IMG/VR virus record: IMGVR_UViG_3300046787_000286
Span: 150,007 to 214,006 of that record
Direction: 5' to 3' (one strand)
DNA length: 64,000 bases
Shown here: positions 27,309 through 37,540 of the stretch, in pieces
Layout of the letters: each line of letters starts with the position of its first letter
Position numbering within the stretch: position 1 is the stretch's first letter
Program-made: the position numbers and the translations under genes
Notes under the pieces: model-generated
The model's input: only the letters and a program-made list of their open reading frames with translations
Told to the model about the DNA's origin: nothing
The model's database searches: none

Positions 27309-28129
27309 AAGTTAGGGGTTAGTTCCATTTCTGGTAGCTGGTTATCTATAACATGATTATACATAACCTTCTCAACTGTGCGTATACGGTCTTGTTTTGT
27401 TTGGGACCCTAATACCACAATAATGTATTGTTGTTGCTTTTGTTCAACTACTAATCCCAAACAAAAACCTGCTCGAGACGTGAATCCAGTTTTGCTCACA
27501 ACAATGTTATCAAACTCAAACAGCAACGGAGAATTTGTATTTTTTAAATTTACAGTTCTAACACGTTTTTTAAATTGAGCTTCAACAGCCACTTGCTTGC
27601 GTGTGGTTACTTCTTGAATAATCCAATATCCTGAAGCAGTTTCCATCATGCTAACAACTTCTGTTGCTGTACTTATATTGTTAGCACTGAGGCCAGTAGG
27701 ATCTTCGAATCGAGTGTTCTTCATGCCCCATTCACGGGCTTGTTGATTCATTGCTGCAATAAACGCAGATCTCCCGCCTGGGTAATCGTTTGCTAGTGTT
27801 TCAGCCGCAGCATTGTCCGATCTAACCAGCATGGCTTGTAGCAGTTGCCAGCGATTATAAGTTTGTTTGGGCAAATGACTGCCCACACGACCATCTAACT
27901 TTAACCTGCGTTGTAGATTTTTATCGTAGTCCAACGCAACCATTGCGGTCATAATTTTAGTCACTGATGCAATTGGGCGAACTGCATCTTTGTTATGCGA
28001 GTATTCAATACGATCTTTTGCCGAATTGTAAACAATTACACTGGGTTCTGCTTTTTGAACTCGAGGTTTTGCTACTGCTGTGCCTGCTACTAAAATTAGT
28101 GTTATGAAGAAATATTTTATTATGCCCAT
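27305..28129 (-). CDS. D-alanyl-D-alanine carboxy/endopeptidase (peptidase S11, PBP7-like)
   Basis: Signal peptide; IASVTK (SxxK), SDN (SxN), KTG. Confidence 0.93.
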   Translation of the reverse strand: MGIIKYFFITLILVAGTAVAKPRVQKAEPSVIVYNSAKDRIEYSHNKDAVRPIASVTKIMTAMVALDYDKNLQRRLKLDGRVGSHLPKQTYNRWQLLQAMLVRSDNAAAETLANDYPGGRSAFIAAMNQQAREWGMKNTRFEDPTGLSANNISTATEVVSMMETASGYWIIQEVTTRKQVAVEAQFKKRVRTVNLKNTNSPLLFEFDNIVVSKTGFTSRAGFCLGLVVEQKQQQYIIVVLGSQTKQDRIRTVEKVMYNHVIDNQLPEMELTPNL

Positions 28130-28347
28130 TTTAACCTGTAAAAACTAGCCATAGCTGGATCTGCAAACTCAAATATAACTTGGCTATCAGATTCCGGGGT
28201 CGAGCTAAAACTATCGCTGTATTTAACGGGCTGAAATCTCCATGTATAATCCTGATCTACTACTAGACCTGTCCGATCCAGATCTATCTTTAATGCAATA
28301 GCTTCAGCAGCGGATAGTTTAGTAATAGTAAGAGAGTTCAGTGTCAA
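28120..28347 (-). CDS. dispersed member of the F-x-L-[RK]-W family (start uncertain)
   Basis: DYTWRF...VIFEFADPAMASFYRLKWA; probable TTG start. Confidence 0.65.
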   Translation of the reverse strand: MTLNSLTITKLSAAEAIALKIDLDRTGLVVDQDYTWRFQPVKYSDSFSSTPESDSQVIFEFADPAMASFYRLKWA

Positions 28348-28735
28348 AATCTTGTACCAAATGATCAAACGGTTGATTGAAATATCTATACACAGAACGA
28401 ATGTCATCCACATAACACTTGCTAGGGTTGCCTTCGCGAAAGGATGCCATTTCGTAAAAGAAAAACTTTTGCTTGCTTTGGCGCATTTGGCGCTTGGTGT
28501 AGTAAGATGGAAAACCTTCAAACGAATCCAGTGAGCGCTCGCATTCAGGAGTAATATCCCACAGGATTCCCCAAACAGATTCGCCAGGGCTAGGCTCCAC
28601 TGTTGCATGAGAGTAGAACTTTAGTTTCCAGCCTTGCAAAACAAACGGGCGTGGATTAGTGGCACCAGGGCAACGGCGTGCCATGCTAGCTTGACTCATA
28701 TTTGCCCCGTAGGCAAAATACAATTTCTTGGTCAT
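28319..28735 (-). CDS. gamma-glutamylcyclotransferase (AIG2-like)
   Basis: YFAYGANM...RCPGA...LDSFEGFP..Y. Confidence 0.88.
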   Translation of the reverse strand: MTKKLYFAYGANMSQASMARRCPGATNPRPFVLQGWKLKFYSHATVEPSPGESVWGILWDITPECERSLDSFEGFPSYYTKRQMRQSKQKFFFYEMASFREGNPSKCYVDDIRSVYRYFNQPFDHLVQDFDTELSYYY

Positions 28736-29427
28736 ACTAATCTTAAATTTCCCAGTTGTATGTAATTGAATCCTCGACGACCTTGCATGCCTTTGTAGTA
28801 AGCAGTGGCTGTGAATTCTCTAGGTGTTGTTAATACACTTTCTACTAGTGATCGTAATACGTCGTCGGACTTGGCTACCAGCTTGTAAAGATATGGGGAT
28901 CCTTCTTGCTTTAACCAGTAATAGTAATACTCGCCGTTGCGACGACTTCGCAACATTCTTTTATGCAAAGAGAACACACCCCGGAGTTCTTTGTTTACTG
29001 ATACTTCCACGCTTTTGAATTCTGATACCATTTGATCAAGTGCAAGATCTTCTTCGTACAAATACGGTAGTCGATGCAACAAACCAATATCGTCTTTGGT
29101 ATACTCGTGACAGCCTGTGGCAATAGCATAGAGCTTTTGTCTAAATGTTGTTTTAATTCCTGTGCCTTTAAGTGCAGCAAAGGTCATTTGACCAGCGTAG
29201 TATTTTCTCAACTCATTGGCACGAACTCTATCTTCATCTTGTGCAGTTGTGTTCTCCAAGTCGGTCCAGCGAATTCCTGTGTGCAACCAAATACGATAAC
29301 TGGCCATTGCCAGTGCCACTGGATCGTCGGGCAGTTTCAGCGGCACTGATTCAGGCTTGGGTCGGTTTGCTAACCAAGCTCCAAAGTCAAACTCGTCGTT
29401 AGATTCTATAATATTCACAGTTGTCAT
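28732..29427 (-). CDS. hypothetical protein, paralog of 19256-20035
   Basis: Shared ELR..Y/W...TF.ALK...T.F and LP motifs. Confidence 0.7.
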   Translation of the reverse strand: MTTVNIIESNDEFDFGAWLANRPKPESVPLKLPDDPVALAMASYRIWLHTGIRWTDLENTTAQDEDRVRANELRKYYAGQMTFAALKGTGIKTTFRQKLYAIATGCHEYTKDDIGLLHRLPYLYEEDLALDQMVSEFKSVEVSVNKELRGVFSLHKRMLRSRRNGEYYYYWLKQEGSPYLYKLVAKSDDVLRSLVESVLTTPREFTATAYYKGMQGRRGFNYIQLGNLRLV

Positions 29428-29471
29428 GTTAATCCCATAGTCCTTTATACGTTAAAATCATAAATAAAAGT

Positions 29472-30041
29472 ATGATACCATACACATACTTGATCGGTTG
29501 GAGTAAAGAAAATAAATTTTATTACGGAGCGAGATGGGCAAAAAATTGCCACCCCTCTGATCTGTGGAAAACATACTTTACCTCTTCAACACATGTTAAA
29601 AAATATCGCAATCTCTACGGTGATCCTGATATTATTCAAATTAGAAAAACATTTAGTGACGTCGATCAGTGCAGAATTTATGAGCAAAAAACTCTACGTC
29701 GAATTAATGTATTATACAATAATAAATGGTTAAACAAGAACATAAACGGAAGATTCCTTCCGTATGGTCCTCAAACAGAAGAACACAAAGCTGCGAGATC
29801 GATTGCCCTTAAAGGCCATGCACCAACATTCACTAGAAAACATTCAGCAGAATCCTTAGAAAAAATGCGTTTAGCTCAACTTGGAAAACCTAAGTCTGCG
29901 GAGCATATCCTTGCTATGCGTAGCCGTCCTCAAGATACTGCGAAACTTGTTTGTCCACATTGTGGTAAAGAAGGCGATTATAAGAATATGAAACGTTGGC
30001 ATATGGACAGGTGCAAACATCAATCCCAGAGGCCGGAATAA
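29472..30041 (+). mobile_element. free-standing homing endonuclease (GIY-YIG-like with NUMOD3 repeats and C-terminal Zn ribbon)
   Basis: YTYLI..FYYG.R..YFTSS; HSAESLEKMR; CPHCGKEG..NMKRWH..C; antisense insertion with TAAATA promoter. Confidence 0.8.
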
Positions 30042-30646
30042 TATTTTCCGAACAATCGATATCCGTTTGCCTTACGTGCAGTGTGGGCATCTAGACCTGC
30101 ACGATCAACTTTCATCTGGTTAATTTGTTGATTGAGACTGGCACCAGATTGAACTCCGGAATGATCGTAAAACTGAGCATCATCGTCGTCTTTGAGTTTT
30201 TGTTCAAATGCCCAGATCATTTCGTCCATGATCCAGTTCCAGCGATCATGCACAGTTTCGTCATCGTAATTGTTGTGAGGACCAGGTGCCACCTTGGGGT
30301 GCAGATGTTCAGGAGTATCTTCAAGGTCTGTCATGGGACTGCCATGTTTGGTAGCCTTGAGCTGCTTTAGCATAGGCACAATAATATGTGCCAGGGTATG
30401 ATCCATGCTCCATGTGTCGTGGTAGTCGACCTTGACATATCTGAGGGGAGGATGAATCCAATCCAAGAAGTCACGCAACTTTTCACAAACAGGCGCTAAA
30501 CGAAGGGCCCACTTTTCAATCCAGGGATCATCTTCAAAACTTTCATTATCGTCGTCACGCGGAATCACTCGCCAAAAACACACACGCTGAAGGATAGTGT
30601 ATGGCGAGATCCAGTGGTCGCGATAAGGTGATAGATATACTTTCAT
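30020..30646 (-). CDS. conserved hypothetical phage protein
   Basis: DTWSMDHTLA..I.PML.QL...WIMDEMIWAFE...LFGKYY..LWD. Confidence 0.8.
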   Translation of the reverse strand: MKVYLSPYRDHWISPYTILQRVCFWRVIPRDDDNESFEDDPWIEKWALRLAPVCEKLRDFLDWIHPPLRYVKVDYHDTWSMDHTLAHIIVPMLKQLKATKHGSPMTDLEDTPEHLHPKVAPGPHNNYDDETVHDRWNWIMDEMIWAFEQKLKDDDDAQFYDHSGVQSGASLNQQINQMKVDRAGLDAHTARKANGYRLFGKYYSGLWD

Positions 30647-30882
30647 TTTACAGGTTGCATGCTTTCTGTTGTATAGTCAAGGAAATCGCCAGCTTCACTG
30701 CGGATAAAAGCAGCATGTGGATCGATAATTACTACTTCGCAATCGTGGTTGGTAATTTCGTAATCTGTAAACGAATGATCCTTGGACCCTTCGTGATATA
30801 CACGAAACCAAATCTCGTTGTCAAGCCCGCGAATTAAAAATCCTCGTTGTCCGATTGCGAGAGCTTCTTCCGTATTTCCCAT
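30643..30882 (-). CDS. hypothetical protein
   Basis: FRVY...FTDY...DY pattern. Confidence 0.6.
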   Translation of the reverse strand: MGNTEEALAIGQRGFLIRGLDNEIWFRVYHEGSKDHSFTDYEITNHDCEVVIIDPHAAFIRSEAGDFLDYTTESMQPVK

Positions 30883-31022
30883 GTACCGTCTCCTCTGTCA
30901 TACCATTCTAAATTATCGCCAGGTTTCCAGCCCACTTCGTCTAGCATTTCCTGGGGAAAGGGAAGAATTAAATCTTCGCCTTCCTCTTCGATCATTACAC
31001 TCCATGTTTTGACTTTTGTCAT
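30834..31022 (-). CDS. AbrB/MazE/SpoVT-type DNA-binding protein
   Basis: DLILPFPQEMLDEVGWKPGDNLEW. Confidence 0.75.
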   Translation of the reverse strand: MTKVKTWSVMIEEEGEDLILPFPQEMLDEVGWKPGDNLEWYDRGDGTWEIRKKLSQSDNEDF

Positions 31023-31903
31023 ACTTCCACCGTTAGCAGTTCAAAGTCAATAGCACGTTGTTCATGTCCAGTGTAGCCACGTGGGTTGCAAACAACTCGA
31101 GTTTCCCCAACCATATAATCAAACACATGATGAGTATGGCCGTGTGTCCACAATTTAATTTGCGGGTGATCCACAATAAACTCGTCTAGGTCTGAACTAT
31201 ATCCGCCGTTCATGATAGTGTCATCGGCATACATTGGATGTGTTGACTGCTTGCTGGGTGAGTGATGGCCGCACACAACAAACTTTTGATCAAACTTGCC
31301 TTCAACAATTTGCTGAATATAGCCCTTCATCTTTACATGCTCTTCAAACGCATCCTCGGGCTGAAACTTAGCTGTACGAGTTTTAAAGATTGGCTTTTCA
31401 CGATTGTCGACACCGTTGATTTGTTCGTAAGCCTTGTAGTTTACAACACGGTTAGAGTTTTCGACAACACGGAAATCGTTCATCATAGCTTTCATATGAT
31501 ATAAAGTTAACGTGTCACCGTTGTTCATGTCAGTCCACAATGTGCCACCGATAAACGTAACATCATCGATAACTTTGACTTCCTTTTCCAACACGTACAC
31601 ATTCTTCAAGTAGCCAAGCACATCCTTCAAGTGTGTTTCTGTCTTGGCAAAGTCGCCGTTGTAGTGTTCGTGGTTGCCCATCACGTAGATAACATGTGGG
31701 AACAGGGCAGAGCAGCGTTGCATAAAATCATGGTAACGATTACTACGATACTCTGTGCCCATTACGCCGTAAGGGTCACGCTGTGTTATATCTCTAGCAA
31801 CAAGAATGTCGCCTGATAAAATTAAAACGTCTGCTTGATCGGTGTTGTTGATTTCTAAGTCGCCAAACTCAAGATGCAGATCCGATGCTATTGCTATTTT
31901 CAC
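31019..31903 (-). CDS. calcineurin-like metallophosphoesterase
   Basis: SDLH, GD, GNHE, HH.P, HGHTH, NPRGY. Confidence 0.92.
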   Translation of the reverse strand: MKIAIASDLHLEFGDLEINNTDQADVLILSGDILVARDITQRDPYGVMGTEYRSNRYHDFMQRCSALFPHVIYVMGNHEHYNGDFAKTETHLKDVLGYLKNVYVLEKEVKVIDDVTFIGGTLWTDMNNGDTLTLYHMKAMMNDFRVVENSNRVVNYKAYEQINGVDNREKPIFKTRTAKFQPEDAFEEHVKMKGYIQQIVEGKFDQKFVVCGHHSPSKQSTHPMYADDTIMNGGYSSDLDEFIVDHPQIKLWTHGHTHHVFDYMVGETRVVCNPRGYTGHEQRAIDFELLTVEV

Positions 31904-32288
31904 GATTGTCTTTCAGTTGTTGTCGCAGTACTGCTAATGCAGCCTCGTCGCCGGAATTAAAAAATGCGTTGAGTCCCGGGAAACGTTGTTGAAACTGATC
32001 AGTAAGTTCTTTTACATCTGATCCTTGACAAACAAATTGGTTTGTATTGCTATTATAGCAGTAATACAAATTGTTTTCAACCTCTACGGTTAGTGGGATA
32101 ATCTTGTCCGAAGCAAGTGCTTGTTCTTTGGACACCGAAGTTGTGGTTTTTCCAGACTCATCTGCTAATGCTTCTTCTAGCAACACTCGAAGACGCTCTG
32201 CCCACCGGCGAACAAAGATCGCCATGACCCAAACAGCAACGACCATTCCAACTACAAATGCCAAAAACAATTCGCCCCATCCAAACAT
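31869..32288 (-). CDS. membrane-anchored hypothetical protein
   Basis: N-terminal TM; FVCQG. Confidence 0.65.
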   Translation of the reverse strand: MFGWGELFLAFVVGMVVAVWVMAIFVRRWAERLRVLLEEALADESGKTTTSVSKEQALASDKIIPLTVEVENNLYYCYNSNTNQFVCQGSDVKELTDQFQQRFPGLNAFFNSGDEAALAVLRQQLKDNRENSNSIGSAS

Positions 32289-32289
32289 A

Positions 32290-32580
32290 TTAACCTCGCA
32301 TTGCTTCTAAAGTGATCAACTTGCCCAACTCGCGCTCAAAATCCCGATCATCTGGGATAAGGTAAACTTGATTGTTACTGCGGTCACTTTTACGATCGTA
32401 TTTACGAAACGTTACAATACGCCCGCCGTGTGCCGAGTGAACTTGGATATTGAGTCCATCGCCCCAGTCACTTTCGGGTGACATACTGACTTTGGCACTT
32501 GACATGCTTCGATCATATAGTTCAGGCTCATTACCGATGTCACGCATCTTTTTAAACAAATAACGCCAAATAAACTTCAT
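32290..32580 (-). CDS. hypothetical protein
   Basis: AHGGRIV...YDRKSD; ATGA-coupled. Confidence 0.7.
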   Translation of the reverse strand: MKFIWRYLFKKMRDIGNEPELYDRSMSSAKVSMSPESDWGDGLNIQVHSAHGGRIVTFRKYDRKSDRSNNQVYLIPDDRDFERELGKLITLEAMRG

Positions 32581-33041
32581 ACTTTTGCCTTTCGATTTTT
32601 TAAATAATCTTCCCACTGCACCCACTTGTTTTTAACAAGGAATCCCCAGTCACGTTGTTTAGCGCCTGGCATGAACAAGGTCCAGCATGTTACTTCGGGG
32701 TCGAGCTCAATACGGTGGAGGCTTTTCGCCCCAGCCATCCGGAAGCTGCCCGGACCGCACCACCGAGCAATCTCGCCAATTTTCTTTCCATCGCTCCCAA
32801 ACTGCGGAGTCCATTCATAGTAGCCACCTTTTAAAATAAGTGTAGCAAAGGGCCAGGGATGATCGTGTAAGTCATCAACATCTGATTTCAAAAACTTGTG
32901 CAGGAACACGTTAAACGGAAAGTTCTCTCGATCTTTAAGAAACAAGTAGTACCGTTCCAGATATGGTTCATTGTCTACACGGTCATAAACAATGCGTTTA
33001 CGCCCACGGGCTTCCAAAAACTTTAGAAATTTTGAGAACAT
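32577..33041 (-). CDS. cupin-fold protein
   Basis: LHDHPW...LKGGYYE...HRIEL...WTLF. Confidence 0.8.
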   Translation of the reverse strand: MFSKFLKFLEARGRKRIVYDRVDNEPYLERYYLFLKDRENFPFNVFLHKFLKSDVDDLHDHPWPFATLILKGGYYEWTPQFGSDGKKIGEIARWCGPGSFRMAGAKSLHRIELDPEVTCWTLFMPGAKQRDWGFLVKNKWVQWEDYLKNRKAKV

Positions 33042-33061
33042 GCTAACTCCTTTACACCTGT

Positions 33062-33131
33062 ATTATACAGGGTTTTTATTTGCTGGTCAAGAGAAACCCG
33101 CCACTTGGGCGGGTTAATACTTTGGGTTGAC
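33062..33131 (-). promoter_or_regulatory. palindrome-terminator-promoter cassette
   Basis: TTGACC-17-TATAAT (33062-33090), hairpin 33095-33115, degenerate palindrome 33114-33131. Confidence 0.8.
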
Positions 33132-33140
33132 CTAAGTAAC

Positions 33141-33407
33141 TTAGACCAAGCCCATTGCCAAAGCGCGATAGCCTGCGGCGATCAACTTGCGTGATGGCTT
33201 GCCAATTTGGTACTCGGTGACCTTGACACCGTTGCCTGCAACGCGGCTGTTGGAGTAAACGCAGAAACCAGCAGCGCGAACGCGACTGACTTCAGCACTC
33301 AAGTTACCAACGCCGAAACGCTTTTTGGCTTCAGATGGGGTTAAAGTTTCGCCATTGTGCAAGGCTGTAAAGACTTTAAAAGTTTTGGATTTAGGATTAA
33401 AACGCAT
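33141..33407 (-). CDS. winged-helix DNA-binding protein
   Basis: L..GETLT..EA..RFGV.NL.AEVS..R..G..VY; promoter TTGCAT-17-TACAAT at 33455-33483. Confidence 0.75.
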   Translation of the reverse strand: MRFNPKSKTFKVFTALHNGETLTPSEAKKRFGVGNLSAEVSRVRAAGFCVYSNSRVAGNGVKVTEYQIGKPSRKLIAAGYRALAMGLV

Positions 33408-33507
33408 AATATTACCTTTCATGTAAGTTAGCTGTTTGCGTACAGCATATGACTATTGTATGCGAGTATAACACAAAATGCAACGGCTTTTGGATGCAGT
33501 TTAGCCA

Positions 33508-33513
33508 TAAATA
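33508..33513 (+). promoter_or_regulatory. T4-type late promoter
   Basis: ATAAATA about 22 nt upstream of the fibre gene. Confidence 0.65.
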
Positions 33514-33535
33514 ACAAAAAAGGTAGAGTTCTCAC

Positions 33536-36500
33536 ATGGCAAACCAAATTAACATTGATATCGGTGCAGCAGCAAATGACGGCACAGGCGATCCGTTACG
33601 CACCGCGTTTAATTACGTAAACAACAACTTTTCTAACGTTTGGAATACAGGATTACCTAACTCAAACGTTCAATTTTCTGACAATAGAATTTTAACAGTT
33701 AACACCAACGCTAACTTGGTGTTGGCACCTAATGGCATTGGCAAAGTTGCATCCAACGTTGATATTGTGCCTAACACAGCTAATGTATTTGCGCTAGGTG
33801 GGGCAAGTCGTCGTTGGAACACAGTTTACGGACAGTATTTAGATTTATCGCACAATGCAGTTATTGGCGGGAATTTAGTTGTTACAGGTAACTTATCAGC
33901 AGGGAATATCAGTTACACATCTAATGTATTTGTTGGCGACCTAGAAGGATCAGTGTTCGACGGTGCTAGTTCGATTGTGTTGGATGTAATTGACAGTACC
34001 ATTTACGTAGACAACTATCGTTATGCAAATGGCGTTCCTGTTTCTTTTGGCGGCAATTATAGCAATGCAAACGTGGCAGCATATTTGCCAACTTACACTG
34101 GCAATCTCAGTGCTAATAATATCACAGCTGGCAATGTGTTCACTGCACAGACAGTAACAGCAAATGATGCATACATTAACACTGGCACCTTTGCCGGGGA
34201 TGAGAATACCGGAGACGCTGCAATGTACGTTGGATCGCCAACGTTTACTAACCTGGGCTCAGATATCATGGCCCAGTTTACAGGCAACGTAACAACCTAC
34301 GCTCAAATCAACTTGCAGAACTGGAGTAATGCTGCCACTGCATCCGGCGATTACATTTTAACAGCAGACAACGGCAACGACTCTACTCACTTCCTGGATA
34401 TGGGTATAACCAGTTCTACCTGGGACGGTACACAAACAAACGTCTTAACCGGTCTCAATCCAAACAACGGTTACTTGTATGTACAAGATGGCAACTTAAC
34501 ACTGGGCACAAGAGCAGGCAACGTAAGTTATAGCTGGAAGTTTGATACCACAGGCAACTTAACTGTGGCCGGAAACGTTATCCCCACAGGCAACAACACA
34601 CAGAGTTTAGGTAGTGCAACCCAGCAATGGAATGACTTGTATTTGTCCAATGCTACAATTTACATGAACTCTGTGCCGATCAGTTTGACTGCCGACAATG
34701 TGCTCACAGTCAATGGTGCAGATGTTGTAACAACCAACAGTGAAGGACAGGCAAACATTGGTAACCTTGACATCAACGGCACTGTTATTCAAATTGCAGA
34801 AGGTGCTTCAGAAACTCTAATCAATATTACTCCTAGTGGACCTACCGCAGGTTGGGCATATTTACAACTTCCCACAAATGGCACTGCAAATACAGCCAAC
34901 ACACGCTTGCATAACGATGCCGGCAATATAGAATTTGGTACAGGAGATTTTTCAACAGGTAGCACCAACTATACTTGGACATTTAACAACACCGGAACCT
35001 TGGTTTTTCCTGCCAACCCTAATGGTCAAATCTATGGTGGCCAAGACAACGATTTTATCATCACCACCTCCAATGCCAATGCTGCCACATACTATTTTAC
35101 TTTCAGTCAGTTAGGCGATCTCACAGTTCCTATCAATCTCAATGTGTCGGGCAATGTCTATACAAATGATATTGTAGGAGCAGGAGCTGGCAACATCACA
35201 ATCACAGCTAACACACAGTCATGGTTATTTGATGACACTGGCATGTTGACTTTGCCCAGCGAGGGTCAGATTAGATCTGTGGCCAACACTGGCATGAGAC
35301 TCAGTGCTGGTGCCAGCGATGTCACTGGCTTGTTGTTAAACAACACTGGCGATGCTGAACTCTATGCTAATGCCAATGTATCCGTATACACTGACTCTGG
35401 AAACACCGGCTGGACGTTTGACACTGCTGGTAATCTAACACTTCCTGGTAACGCTGGTGCAAACAATGCAAGCATTTCAGCAACAGTCAATGGTAGTATT
35501 CTAGGCCTAAACAGTCAGGCTAATGGTTCAGTAAGATTGAGAGCATATGGCAGTGCTGCCAACCTGGTTGCTGGCATGGCTGTGTTTGGTGAAGACGGTG
35601 AAGTTGATCGTGTTCAAATCAGCACTTATAACCCTGGCATTGATGATAACAACGCTTGGGTATTTAACACTAGTGGCGATTTAACCACGCCAGATGGTAA
35701 CATATTCTTTGGCACAGGCGCTAATAGTGCTGTTATTGTGCCAGCAGGTAATTCTGTTAAAATAGCCGCAGATCGCGGAAATACTTCAAAAAATTATATT
35801 GATATAACCAGCAGTGGAATAACCATTGATGCACTAGGTGGTTCCACTGCTGACATTAGAATAAGAGCCGCAGATGATATTTTTGTGCAAGGCGGGGACA
35901 AAACAAGTGCTCCGGGACAACGCGGTGGTGATATCAATATTGATGGTGGCCAAGGTGGCCCAGACAATGGTGTCAATGCAGGCGACGGCGGCGACATTGC
36001 CATTCAAGGTGGCCTGGGCGGCGAGATATTAGCAGGTGGATCAGGCGACGGCGGCGATGTGACACTGCTTGGTGGTACAGGTAGCACCGCCAACGTTGCT
36101 AATTTACTAGGGGCAGGCCGCGGCGGCCTGGTGGTGATACAAGGTGGTCAAGGTGGCGATCAAGCAGGCAACACTTCTCTATCAGAGCGCGGCGGCAACG
36201 TTGACATCTACGGCGGCCAAGGCAGTTTTGACTTTGCGAACACTTTGCCAAGTGGTCTTCCAGGCCATGTTAACCTCTATGGTGGCAACTGGGGATTTGT
36301 CAATGCTCCAAGTGGCAACATCTATCTCAATACCTATGACGGAACAAACTTCAAGACATTGACCTACGATACTGCTGGCAATGTCACAATGGCCGCTGGT
36401 GGTGCATTAAACATGGTGGGATCAAGTTCGGGCATTGTTCAATCGCCAAACAATGATTTGATTGTCACAGTTCAAGATGATGACAATGACGATTGGGCAT

Positions 36501-37540
36501 TATACAATCGAATCACTGACACTGGCGCAACATTGGGCGAAACAAGACTACGCCGTGGCGATTTTCGAATTGATTTTCCTGGTGTGTCAAAGACCTTTAC
36601 CTTTGATGATAGTGGTGTACTTAGTTTACCCGGTGATATTGCTTCTAGCACTCAAGGCGGAGATATCAGTCTTTATGCAATCGACGATGGCGACAGTGGA
36701 TCTGCAGAGATAAAAACTATCAGTTTTGCTGGTAGTACGCTAGGTAGTAATGTCAGAGTAACCCAAAGCAACGCCACTATTTCGACCAGTAACGCTGCAT
36801 ACACCTGGACATTTGATAACACTGGTAATCTAACAGTTCCAGGAAACACCATTGTTTCCACAGCCAATGCCACAGGCGGTCTAGGTGGTAAGAGCGTAAG
36901 CATTACTGCTGGCGCCAGTGACGCAGTTACTTGGAATTCAAACCCAGGTGGCAATGTAAACATCACAGGCGGATACGGCTCGTTTGGCGGCGGCGGCGGC
37001 GGTCCTGGTGGTAATGTTAATATCACAAGTGGTGGTAGTTCAGATAGCCATGCAGGCAATGTAACTATCAATTCCGGCGCTAATGCATGGAACTTTGATT
37101 ACACCGGTAATTTAGACGCCCCGGGTAATATTACATCCACTAACTTTGTCGGCAACGGCGCAGCATTGACCAATGTTGCTACACAAGTAACAGGTTCCTG
37201 GACATTAGCCGCAGGGACAAACACTGCAAATATTACAGTTCCGCCAAACGGTACTTACACAATCTGGGTCAATGGAAACATTCCAAACGGTATTGCAGTA
37301 TGGAACGCTACTGTAACTATTACCAACAATAACGTGCCAGTAATTGGACAACAATTTGCTTGGAATTATTCTGGTAATGCGTTGGTGATTACTTCAATTC
37401 CATCACAGATCATTGGAACAGCAGGTGCTATTAGTAATGCATCACCGGCTGTTGGCACAACTACCAATGTGTTTGAGTTCAGCATTGACAACAACAGTGG
37501 TAATAGTCAGACTGTGGACTACGGATGGACTAAACTTTAA
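33536..37540 (+). CDS. long tail fibre / adhesin-like virion protein
   Basis: gp9/gp10-like N-terminus (IGAAANDGTGDPLRTAF), ten W-x-F-D-x-x-G-x-L-T-like repeats, Gly-rich repeats; 1334 aa. Confidence 0.85.
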   Translation: MANQINIDIGAAANDGTGDPLRTAFNYVNNNFSNVWNTGLPNSNVQFSDNRILTVNTNANLVLAPNGIGKVASNVDIVPNTANVFALGGASRRWNTVYGQYLDLSHNAVIGGNLVVTGNLSAGNISYTSNVFVGDLEGSVFDGASSIVLDVIDSTIYVDNYRYANGVPVSFGGNYSNANVAAYLPTYTGNLSANNITAGNVFTAQTVTANDAYINTGTFAGDENTGDAAMYVGSPTFTNLGSDIMAQFTGNVTTYAQINLQNWSNAATASGDYILTADNGNDSTHFLDMGITSSTWDGTQTNVLTGLNPNNGYLYVQDGNLTLGTRAGNVSYSWKFDTTGNLTVAGNVIPTGNNTQSLGSATQQWNDLYLSNATIYMNSVPISLTADNVLTVNGADVVTTNSEGQANIGNLDINGTVIQIAEGASETLINITPSGPTAGWAYLQLPTNGTANTANTRLHNDAGNIEFGTGDFSTGSTNYTWTFNNTGTLVFPANPNGQIYGGQDNDFIITTSNANAATYYFTFSQLGDLTVPINLNVSGNVYTNDIVGAGAGNITITANTQSWLFDDTGMLTLPSEGQIRSVANTGMRLSAGASDVTGLLLNNTGDAELYANANVSVYTDSGNTGWTFDTAGNLTLPGNAGANNASISATVNGSILGLNSQANGSVRLRAYGSAANLVAGMAVFGEDGEVDRVQISTYNPGIDDNNAWVFNTSGDLTTPDGNIFFGTGANSAVIVPAGNSVKIAADRGNTSKNYIDITSSGITIDALGGSTADIRIRAADDIFVQGGDKTSAPGQRGGDINIDGGQGGPDNGVNAGDGGDIAIQGGLGGEILAGGSGDGGDVTLLGGTGSTANVANLLGAGRGGLVVIQGGQGGDQAGNTSLSERGGNVDIYGGQGSFDFANTLPSGLPGHVNLYGGNWGFVNAPSGNIYLNTYDGTNFKTLTYDTAGNVTMAAGGALNMVGSSSGIVQSPNNDLIVTVQDDDNDDWALYNRITDTGATLGETRLRRGDFRIDFPGVSKTFTFDDSGVLSLPGDIASSTQGGDISLYAIDDGDSGSAEIKTISFAGSTLGSNVRVTQSNATISTSNAAYTWTFDNTGNLTVPGNTIVSTANATGGLGGKSVSITAGASDAVTWNSNPGGNVNITGGYGSFGGGGGGPGGNVNITSGGSSDSHAGNVTINSGANAWNFDYTGNLDAPGNITSTNFVGNGAALTNVATQVTGSWTLAAGTNTANITVPPNGTYTIWVNGNIPNGIAVWNATVTITNNNVPVIGQQFAWNYSGNALVITSIPSQIIGTAGAISNASPAVGTTTNVFEFSIDNNSGNSQTVDYGWTKL

